A stretch of DNA of 59,484 nt, the filler included, from Jimgerdemannia flammicorona (taxonomy: Eukaryota), in the NCBI GenBank assembly GCA_003990765.1. It is 3 parts of 3 records of this genome, joined end to end, with 100 filler letters (N's around TTAATTAATTAA, not from the genome) between each part and the next. Parts side by side here need not be neighbours in the genome. Positions count along the whole stretch, not along the records: positions 39,729 to 59,484 come from RBNJ01001857.1; 2 more parts are not named here. One strand, 5' to 3'. The translations under genes were made by a program, and so were the position numbers. The notes under the pieces were generated by a model that made no database searches, was not told the DNA's origin, and saw only the letters and a program-made list of their open reading frames with translations. Shown here piece after piece: positions 49,418 to 59,484 of the stretch (positions are counted from its first letter, which is position 1; every line of letters starts with the position of its first letter).

Positions 49418-49827
49418 TCAAGATTAAGAAGTTTCACCCCAAAGCCAAGATCCCAGAATATAAGACTGAAGGAGCCATAGGAATGGACCTTGTCAGCATT
49501 CAAGATGCTACCCTCGAACCACAGACCACCACTCTACTTGGTACCAGAATTGGAGTCAAGCTGCCAGAGAACTATGCTGGAATTATCAAGACTAGAAGCA
49601 GTCTGGCCAAAAGTAAAATCTCAGTTGAAGGAGGAGTAATTGACTCTGATTATACTGGTAAGATCTTTCTCATAGTCAGAAATCACAACTCCACCACCCC
49701 ATTTGAAGTCAAGAAGTATAACAGGATTAGTCAGATGCTGATCTATGAAATTAAGAAACCCAAGATCACTAAAGTCATCAAACTCATCAAGATCAAGAGA
49801 GAAGAACAAGGCTTTGGATCTACTGAA
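49418..49827 (+). pseudogene. dut: Trimeric dUTPase domain within Gypsy pol, between PR and RT
   Basis: All five motifs present: GMDL, RSS, GVIDSDYTG, RISQ, R..QGFGST. Confidence 0.93.
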
Positions 49828-52580
49828 AGAGGAGCCTATACTGCTACCAAGATTACTGAACTTGAATACAAGAAAGATAGGGACCAGAACAAGCACATAT
49901 ATACTATTGGAGAAAACTTTCCCCTAGAAGAATAACTTCTCAAGATTCTACACTAGAATAAAGAAGTACTTACTACAGACTTCAGAGATATCCACAATCA
50001 AGAACTCAAGTACTATCATGAAGTTGATACTGGTGATACTAAGCCCATCTACCAGAAAGCCAGATTTATACCACCTGCTTACAGAGAATGGCTGCAAGCA
50101 GAACTTAAGGAAATGGAAGAAGCCAGAATCATCAAGCAAGCTATCAGTCCCTGGGCTTCACTCATTGTCCTTACTCTGAAGAAAGGAAGCAAGTCTGGAG
50201 AGTTTGTGTCAAGACTCTGCATTGACTACAGAAAGCTCAATACAATCACTAAGAAGGATAGGCAGCCCTTGCCAAATATTTAAGAAATTCTTACCACTCT
50301 TGGAAGCAAAGCCAAATACTATACTACCTTGGATCTGTTCTCAGGCTCCAATCAGATTAGTCTCACTCAAGGTACCAGTGAGAAATCAACCTTCATTATA
50401 CCTGATACTACCTATATCTACCTATGAATATCATTTGGAATATACAATACCCCAGCAAGTTTTCAGTAAATGATAAACAGAGTCTTCAGCAATGAGATTG
50501 GAAAATAGCTCTTTGTCTATGTTAATGATGTGATCATCTTCAGCAATACTGTATGGGAATATATCAACCATATACAGCTAGCCCTCAAGAAGCTCAAGGA
50601 GCATGACCTCTACATCAAGTCCAAGAAGTGTAAGTTTGTAGCTCAGGAAATTACCTACCTAGGACACCTCATTAACCAGACTGGAATCCATACAGACCCT
50701 ATGAAGATTGAGGCTATTGCAGCCTACCTGAGATCCAGAATAACTACAGAAGTCCATGTCTTCCTTAGACTAGTCTCCTACTACAGAAGATTCATCAAAG
50801 GATACTCCAATATTGTAGCACCTATCTACAAGCTACTCAAGAAGGAGACCAAATTCAAATGGACCAAGAAATACCAAGAAATCTTCAATAAACTCAAGAC
50901 CAGGTTGACCTAAGTACCTATTCTCAGAAGACCAGATTGGAACCTAGAGTTCATCCTGTAGACAGATGTAAGTGCTATAGGACTTGGAGCAGTCCTAGCT
51001 CAGAAGAAAGATAGACATGAATATGATATCTCTTATATAAGCCAAGATACCTGTGGAGCAGAACAGAACTATGAGTCATATAAGCTCAAATATTTAGCAG
51101 TAGTTTGGACAGTAGACAAGTTCCACTACTACCTAGCTAGAAAACACTTCACCATTCAAACAGACCATTCTGCTCTTACCTGGCTATTCCACACTCTGAA
51201 CCCTAAAGGAATATATGTCAGATAGATCTATAGGCTGCAAGAGTATAACTGTACTGTCAAGCACTGCTTAGAAAAACCAACACCAATGCTGATGCACTCT
51301 CAAGGACACCCCAAAACACCTCTATTAAGACTATTCAACATAAATAAAGAGTTATACTATGGATTAATTAGCTATCTTAGATAGCAGAAGATACCCAACC
51401 ACCTCAAACCCTAGATAATCACTATCATTAACCAGACTTAGAAACAGTTTGAACTAAACAATACTATACTTAGAAAAGGAGGAAAGCTTGTAATATCTAA
51501 ATACAAGAAGTATTAAGTAATGAAGGAAGTATACAAACAAGAATACCTAGGAGGAACCAACATATATGACAAGGCAAGAAGAACTATATGGTGGCTTAAG
51601 ATAGAAGAAGACCTGTGCCAATTTATCAAAGGGTGTGACAAGTGCCAAAAACAGAAATAAGATCAGTAAGATCAGACACCTAGGTCATCAAAAATTGAGC
51701 CTATTTCCTTCCACCATATCACAATAGATATCATTGGGCCACTACTAGTAACACTATCAGGAAACTACTATATTATAGTTATTGTAGACCTCTTTACCAA
51801 ATAGATAGAAGCAAGAGTATTATTAGAAGCTAATGTGCTCTCTATAGCCAACTTTCTATATCTGTCACTATAAGACATCAAGGCAAATCACCACAGACCA
51901 TGGCACAGAATTTGTCAATGGATTCTATGAGATAATATATCAGAAATACAAGATTCAGCACATCAAGACCACTATGTACCACTCTCAAGAAAATGGACAG
52001 ACAGAGAGAACCAACAAGACCCTCAAGAACATTCTGGCAAAGATCTCAGATACATATGAGAATTGGGATAACTACCTCTCTACTACCCTCTCTGTCCTAT
52101 AAAATATATGGTCACAGAGTACACACTTTACCCCAAGAGAACTGCTCTTCAGAAAAGAAGATTCTGATAGAACCTCAGCTACAAATCTAGATCTAACTTA
52201 GAGATAGGTTGACTCAGAAATCTGGAGACTATACCAAATTAGAAAGAAGGCTGAAGATTATATCATCAAGTCACAAGCACTGATAAGAAAGAATGCAGAA
52301 AAGAATTATAAGACTCTAGAATCCATCCAAATTAGAGAAAAGGTCCTACTGTATTAAAATATGGTAGAAGCCTCATAGTCACGAAAACTGGAGCCTAAAT
52401 GGAAAGAACCCTTCTATATATAAGATATCAAGAGAACTACCTTCTGGCTTAGAAAAATCTCAGGGACCATACTGCCTATCATGGTACATAGAAACAGATT
52501 CAAGAAGTACCATAAACCTATATAAGAGAAGCAAAAAATGATGATCACCCATGAGGTTCTAGTTCATGAATCATAACAGC

Positions 52581-53141
52581 ATGTTCCATAATCAGCAGGC
52601 TATCTGTCTAGACCATTCTCTAAGAGATACAGCACCAGCAACTACTTATCCATAAGACTTTCAAAGCCAGAGAAGTTCAAACTATCAACTGATTGATCAA
52701 GATCAGAATCAGGCCCTTACTCTATATAAAGAGAGTGACTCTTCACCATTATGCCAAAATATATAGAGAAGATATCAATCTATAAATACTACTTTTTGAC
52801 CCCTTGCCAGAGGTTATAGGATTAGCAAATTTTTCAGAACTAGACTAATGAATAAGGACATTCAAGAAGATCCTTATTCAGGAGAAAGATGTAACAGTGA
52901 CCTCAGAATGATGACATCAGCACAAGAGACAGCCTTTCCTTGTAAGTTACTAGATTGGAACACAAGAATATCATACAGCATGACTCAGGCTATGAGATGA
53001 GTAATAATAACCAACTGTGAGTTATTGTGACTACAGTTTAGGCATCTTAAGAAATATAAAAGAAGAATTAAGAAACCATAGTAGCAGCAACTCAACAAAA
53101 CCCACCAATTTCAAAATAGCTCAAAAACTTACTATAAATGA
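52581..53141 (+). pseudogene. Accessory ORF3 downstream of integrase, crossing the PPT/LTR junction
   Basis: The ATG lies 3 nt after the pol stop. One frame runs ~185 codons, with internal stops each one transition from Q/R/W codons. The 5'-LTR copy reads LEEYKRRIKELQ in the same frame. Confidence 0.45.
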
Positions 53142-53953
53142 AATATCTGCTGCTTACCAAACCTCAAGGTCAAGGAACTACCAAGACACCTCAGTTGAAA
53201 AAAGGATATTCTAAGACATCAGAAGAGCCATGAGGACCCATATAGGAAGGACTTCTAGCCTCAACCTGAGTACTGCAGATCTTTATCACTTTATCCTCTA
53301 CTGCTATGAAATGGAAATAAGGATTACTATTATTACTGAATATCTCCAAATGTGGCAGGAGTACCAAATAGAAAACCTTCTCTGCTAGGAGTTTCTATAG
53401 GCCAGCCTCCAAGAATTATAAGATACTACTCTCATAGATATATGAGAAGCAAGAACAGCTAAGAAGATTCATCAGATCTTCAGATATGTACCATAATTGA
53501 TCCCCAACTTGAAGTATATTAGAGTCTCAGATTTTAGAAATCTGTCAGCCCACTGTATCAATGCATTAGAAGCCAGAGTGGCTACAGAAGCTCAGTCCAT
53601 CATCACCCTCAACAGTGATGAAGTAGAAGACTTCTGGCATCTCATCCTCCAGGACAACCCAGATCAATTCCTACAAGGATTGATCTCAGTATTCCAAGGC
53701 CCAAGCATTCAGATTAGACCTCCCCAAGACTCCACATTTGTTCCCTATTTTGTGGAAGAGAACCTTATAGACTAAAGAGCCCCAGACCTTCTTGTTCTCA
53801 CTGCTGCTAAATGTGATGACATCATCAGTGATGATGTCACCCTGTATGACATATGTAAAGTATATGAAACATACAACCTATACAATGAGACTGAAATGTT
53901 CATGGACCTCATCTCCTTTAAGGACAGTGATGATAAGAATAAAGCCTCCATGG

Positions 53954-53955
<2 letters not shown>
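52880..53955 (+). repeat. PPT (aggagaaaga, 52880-52889) and 3' LTR starting TGTAAC at 52890, truncated by a LINE at 53956
   Basis: A purine run is directly followed by TG, and the sequence is homologous to the 5' repeat from 53015 onward. The left boundary cannot be verified because the 5' copy is truncated. Confidence 0.6.
53143..53955 (+). pseudogene. Accessory ORF4 inside the long terminal repeat (second copy at ~40012-40836)
   Basis: The same reading frame is kept in both copies: MPATHQISRSR..EERMFQDIRRAMR..HFILYCCEMEIR..ARTAKKIHQIFR..LEYIRVSDFRDLSA..FQGPSIQ. Most stops are copy-specific. About 270 aa. Confidence 0.55.
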
Positions 53956-53990
<35 letters not shown>

Positions 53991-56900
53991 GTCACTTAGA
54001 CTTCTCCTTTATTACTGCCATCTATAATAATAATAATACAATATTACTCCATCCCCTCAACCAATACTCCTCAGATCTACTTCTCTATCCTCCACTTCCT
54101 TCTACCAGAGGATAACTCAGTTGCCCACCACCTGAATCCTCCTGCCACATTTCTGAGAAATACACTGTACCAAATCCCAGCAACTCCCCCCACCCAACTC
54201 CCACCCTCTCCACCAGCCATTCCAAATATCCAGTAACAACTATTCCCAACATACCACTCTATCCCCAACTTCAACCCCCTGGCCCTCCTCAAATATATGT
54301 AATCAATGCCTGACCAGCCCAACCTATATGGCCAGAGCCCAACCAAGTATCAGCCATTTATCCCCAACCCCTCCTACAAGCCTTCAGCAGAGCTCTCCCC
54401 ATCTCCCTTCCCCTCCCTCTAGGGCTCACAGCCCTAAGCAGTCTGCAATATGGCACCAAAACACCCCTAAAATGTTATACTCATCAAGCCAATGTTCAGG
54501 CATTTGTATCACTCCCTCTTCCTGTCCAACATCTAAACAATCCTTACACCCAAAAATGCCATCAGCCACCAAGTGCTCAGACCAATAGTTCAACATCACA
54601 TTCTATCATAGAATCTGCCACCATACTATCCAGAACTTGGGGGATAGCTACTGCATCACCTGCTTGCTCTAAAGCCAGAGACCATTCCAGTTCCACTCCT
54701 CACCAATCCCAACCCTCTGCCAGGTTTCAGGCCAAAGGTCTCCACCTAAGCTCCACAAATACTCTATTCCATCACTAAGCTGGAAATCCTCCACCAAAAC
54801 ACTGCCCAGCAGTAGCCTGTCCTATCTCCACATCTGTGGTCCCCAATTCTCCTCTCCCTCATCTCTCTGTCACTGAAGTTCAATTCTCTTAGCACTATCT
54901 ACCACCCTCAACCAAAAGCCCTTATACCACATCCTCTTGCTCCCATCCATAGCCACCATCACAAGCGGGTTACCAGAAGCTCTATGGGGGGAATACCAGG
55001 CCTCTCACACCCTCTGTATAAGTAGTACTCACTCCTGGCCCCTCAGCTCACTTGCTCTCCTCAGCCACCACACTCTCAAGCAATGAAGACATTTGGTAAA
55101 GTTCACTAAATCCAGCCTGCCTCTTTCCACTGATAGGGTTAGAACCTCCCATCCTATCTGACTTCACTGCCCTGCCCAGATTCATGATCTCACCACTTCA
55201 ACAGTCTCCTAACCACCCAAGCTGAGAAGTCCAGATAATACCCTACATACCACAGCTTCAGTAGCCAATACACATTCAGCACCATCACTCTTCCTACCAA
55301 GGATATATGCCGACCACCCCACTGCAAAAGCACATTTCCCCACACTAGGAGCTGCTGTTCCCACCAAGCATGGAGCAGAAGGGACCCATACACCAAAAAG
55401 TAGATCCCCAGGTAACAAACTGGCTCTCCTGCTGGCACTATCATCCCAATCACATCACCACTAATGATTCTGCCACCTAGCACCAGAGTCTCACATTTGT
55501 GTCAATTGAGTTTAGCACTGGAGTCTCTCTCATACCATTCAACAGACCTTTGCAATTCCCCTATATCTGCCAATGAGCCCAGTCTAACCACCATGTCATC
55601 TGCAAAGGCCCCCACCTTCCAATTTATCTCTAGAATGTCCAAACCCCCAATTCGATGCTGGATCCTATCCAGTAGGGGCTCTAGGTAAAGGGCATACATG
55701 ATGGGTGACAGAGGATCTCCTTGTGGCACCCCACGACCAAGAGAAAAGGTTACACCCCTATGGCCATTGATGATAAAAGCAGCCTGACTGTTTTCCAAAA
55801 GACAGATCAATGACCTTCTGAACTTTGGGGGAACACCAATCCATTTCAATACTCTCTCTAGCCAGATTCTCCTCACTCTATCATACACCTTCTCCTGATC
55901 CAAAAACACCAATCTGCCATCTACCCCAGTAGCCTGAGCCTCTTCAATTACACCATATACCCAAGCCATCCCATCTCTGATCAACCAGCCACTGACAAAT
56001 CCTCTTTGCTCTACACTAAGTACTTGCTGAGTGATTCCCTGCAGCCTTGTCACTAGGATCTTTGTCACCAGTTTGTGGTCCATGTCGAGTAGCATGATTG
56101 GCTGCCAGTTCTTCCAATCTTTCCATCTCCCCTTATCTTTGTAGAGCAAGGAGACCAGCCCTAGGTGCTGGCCCCCAATCTAAGTTCCAGACCCAGAGAA
56201 CCTCACTACACATTTCTATCATTTTCTCCAATACCACTGCCACTTCAGCTATCTTCTTCCAAAAATCCCAGGGAAGTCCATCCTCACCCAGAGCCATCTC
56301 CTTACTTGTTATAGCCAAGACCTTACAAATTTCCTCTCCCCTCACTAGATCCCCTAGAGTCCCCAGGCCTATTGCAGGGTCCAGATGCCAATCCTTCAGC
56401 TGTCTCTCAATGTTCAAGGCATCTTCCCCCCCTTTTTCCTTGCTCTACAAATCCTCCCAACAGGTCCTCAGCAATCTCAGAATTTCTGGAGTCCCCACCA
56501 CCATCTCCCCATCCTCATCCAAGAGCCCATCCCACTGCTGCTTAGTTCTCTGCACTTGTAACATCTGCAACAAAACCCTAGTGGGTCTCTCTCCCTCCTC
56601 AAGCCTCTGCCACCTCAGCCATACCAACATCCCCTTCAGCCTAACCTCTTCCTCTCTTCATAACACCTCCTTAAACTCCTCAACTTCCTTCTGAATCCTC
56701 ACAATATGCTAGTTGGCCACCTCCCAGCCTTCTAGCACTCCTGCCCATCTCCCCAGGAGTGCCACCAATCACTGTGAGGCCCATAGCACCCTTCACTGCT
56801 GCTGAGCACACCTTCCTTTCCCTGCTTCCCTCCAGTACTCCTGAGCACTTGCTTTCAGCCTCCTCCAGCAGTTCCCAATCACCAGGCCCTGTTCCCACCA

Positions 56901-59484
56901 CCTCCCAATTTTCCCAATAACCTCCTTCTCTCAGTCCACCCATATAGCCCCATCCTCTAATAAAGAAAAATTTAGTTGCCAATGTCCAGGCCCATCCCCA
57001 CTTCCCCCAAACCTCTCCCCACCTAACCAGACCCCAGTGATCTGACCATGGACACCAAACCACCTCTAGTATTGTCCAGACATCCACTCCCCAGCATTCT
57101 GCCATCAATATCCAGTTGATCCTTGAGCCCAGCCCTGTCACCTAGTGAGTATAAATTCGACAATTATCTCAAAACTGTCTCCCTGTATCAACCAAAGAAC
57201 TCAACCTCTATATCTCCAACCAATCATCCAACCCACCACTCCTACTCCTCATTCCTCTCCCTCTATCTGTCCTGTCCATCCCCTTATTCTGTACCATGTT
57301 GAAGTCCCCCCCTAGGCAGTCAAACCCAACCTCACCCAAGATACTGGTCTTTTTCAAACTTCAAATCCAATCCACCCATTCCCCCCACTCTGCTGGGCAG
57401 TAACATGACCCAACTGTCAACAGGCTCCATCCAGGTCTCTTCCACACTCCCCATACCAACCAATTCCCCCAATGTCCAACATCCCCAATGTCTCCCATCC
57501 CCTTTCAAACCAGGATACCCACCCTCCCCATCTACACTGCTGCCCCCCCCCCATTCCTTAGTCCAATCCTATACATCCATATCTACCTCATAATGGACAT
57601 CCTGCAGTAAGAAGAGATCTGAATCCAGTCCCTTTAGCCATCCAAATATGTACTTCCTCCTAGCTGCCCCTCTTAATCCATTCATATTCAAAGAGAATAT
57701 TCTAGTTGTACTGTTCATAATGAATAATGTTTGAATTTAAGACCCCAGTTCAGTATTCCATACTTATCTCATCCTCAGCCAGATCCAAGCACCACTCTGC
57801 TTCCAAGTTACTCTGCTACAGTCTGAGCATTCAGTGCCTCCAAGATTTCTTAATATTCCACCCCATCCACCACCTCTATCTCCAACTGATAGTCTGTACA
57901 GACTACTCTCCACTTCTCCAATCCCTTTCTCAAGCCCCACAAGTATGCTGCCCAGTCATTTGCAATCCCTCTAAGTTCCTCCTCCCACTGATCATCAACT
58001 TGATATTCAACTGATTCCAAGAGAACTGCCAGGATCTCATTCCTAACCTTCCTCAGTATCTCCTCACTATGAAGGATTTCCTCCCAATATCTCTCTTCTA
58101 TAACTCTGAAGTTCTCTCCCCCCAGCTCCTCCACTGCCACCCCTTCCAGAGTCTTCCACAGCCACTTCTCCTCATCCATCACCTCTGCCATACCCTGGGT
58201 GACCTGATCAACCCCCACTTCTAGGTCCACCAAAGCACTCCTCCTCACTGACTCATCCCACTCCTCATCCAGTATATCTAGTAACTCCTCCTCACCCTCT
58301 GCCCCACCCAGGACACTATACTGAGGGTGTACTCCTTCACTCATTTCTGCATCTGCCTCTACACCACTCTGCCTCTCCTCCCTTGGTCCATCCTGGGCCC
58401 CACCTTGGGCTGCCCCATGTTTCCCTGCCCAGACACTCTTATGCAATCCCACTCTCCCATCCTCTGTGCTGCTGCCAGCCCCACTGCTGCCCAACTTCTC
58501 CAGCAGCTCCTTCTGGATCCTCCTCCCTTGTATCTTCTCCCAGGTCAACTGGTCTATTCTGATCCTCTTTCCATCAACTACTTCCACCACTGTCTTGGCT
58601 TCATACTTCTTCCAAGCCAATCTCCACCTCTCAACTGTACCTGCTAGATTCTCCAGAGCCTCAAGCAAATCCTCCCCCTCTTTCTGAGTCCCCTTTATCT
58701 GTGTGACCTTGTACTCCACCTGTCCCCACTTTAGAGTTACTGGCCAATCCCTCATCTTCCTCATGTTTTCCTTTCCAGCCAGCCTCACCCAGACATCAAT
58801 GTCACTAGTCCAGATCTCCATACCCTCCCAGACCTTGAACCTGATGTCCACAATCTCTCCATACTCCTTGACTGACCCCACAATCAACTCCCTGGCCCTC
58901 TCCCTCAACACTATAGGAAGATCCAATATCATCAACTGTACCATTTGGGGGTCCCAGTGTATGTACCTGGCCATAGAGACCACAACTCTGCCCACTGTTA
59001 CCCCCTTCTCCATGGTAGCCAGCAATGCTTCCTCTTTCTCAAACTCCACCTTGACCCCTTCTTTCCCTTCAAAAACTTCACTGATGCTGCCCCTTTCACC
59101 TCCTGCACTACCAGCTCCAAGATCATCCTAGCAGTCACTGCCAAGCCCCTGAAACACAATGTGATGGCAAATTCCAACCTTGATTTCTTAAGTAACAGTG
59201 CTGACACCATGCCTGTTACCCCATCTGCCAGGTCCCCAGACCTTGTGCACAACCCCTGTCCTGAACCATCAGCCACCATCACATCTGGATTTTTTTCCAG
59301 ATCTCCAGTCACAGCCCCATCAACAGTCACATCTTCAGCCCCTACTCCCCCTCCTCTCCTACCACCAGACACTCCCCTAGGCACCCCCCCCTGTCCCCCA
59401 GCAGTAGCCATCAACACCTTCCTGAGGCCCAGCCAACCATCCAGACCAGAGGCCATTCTTCCCATCTTGACCTTGTCTTTTTTT
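53956..59484 (-). mobile_element. Second L1/Tx1-clade LINE, a diverged relative of 41894-47805, with its 5' end cut by the contig end
   Basis: T-tract at 53956-53987 followed by atagtcacttaga (same 3' end). ORF2 at ~57718-54057 has LDQEKVYDRV, GVPQGDPLSP and AFADDM. The ORF1 relic (57850..59049) is homologous to 42517..43092. Confidence 0.93.

Larger units (their letters stand above)
41354..52577 (+). pseudogene. Gypsy gag-pol pseudogene, split by a LINE at 41894-47791
   Basis: gag PPTFYG..FIEDFE..LRGPARDRF; knuckle YFRCKEEGHYIKSC (~48090); protease IIDTSA (~48755); RT SPWAS..RLCIDYRKLN, LDLFSG, FVYVNDVIIFS; RNase H TDVS..GLGAVLAQ, TDHSAL, NADALSR; integrase CDKCQ, IDIIGPL, TDHGTEF, NGQTERTNKTL, KLEPKW. 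Many stop codons. Confidence 0.93.
39884..53955 (+). mobile_element. Degenerate Ty3/Gypsy LTR retrotransposon with dUTPase, interrupted by LINEs
   Basis: Order is LTR-PBS-gag(CCHC)-PR-dUTPase-RT-RNaseH-IN-extra ORF-PPT-LTR. 39884-~40812 aligns with 53015-53955. Confidence 0.92.

Noticed and set aside
52581..53955. env gene in the Gypsy element
   Set aside because: No signal peptide, furin site or transmembrane helix is evident in either extra ORF.

Overview
This is eukaryotic, almost certainly fungal, DNA. Rtt109 together with kaptin and an RNF213-like gene points to an early-diverging (Mucoromycota-like) fungus, which is an inference. The window is not one locus. It is three contigs (1-19767, 19868-39628, 39729-59484; 19767, 19761 and 19756 bp, i.e. 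size-sorted) joined by identical 100-bp N44-TTAATTAATTAA-N44 linkers. Contig 1 is a transposon graveyard: a hAT element with TIRs, a Copia LTR/gag relic and an IS630/Tc1-like transposase relic, all heavily C>T/G>A mutated, plus one small orphan ORF. Contig 2 is genic: a disordered hypothetical protein, an intron-rich kaptin (KPTN, KICSTOR subunit), RTT109, and the 3' ~2700 codons of a giant RNF213/mysterin-like AAA+ ATPase/E3 ligase. After splicing, that ligase has an intact RZ finger, no RING, and a C-terminal tail with a UIM and a canonical FFAT motif. Contig 3 is a degenerate Ty3/Gypsy element with a dUTPase between PR and RT and apparently ~1.5-kb LTRs carrying extra ORFs, hit three times by one L1/Tx1-type LINE family. 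The best candidates for new biology are the RING-less RZ+UIM+FFAT RNF213-like ligase, the LTR-embedded accessory ORFs, and RIP-like transition hypermutation in an apparently non-Dikarya genome. All family calls come from manual translation and motif recognition; no searches were run.
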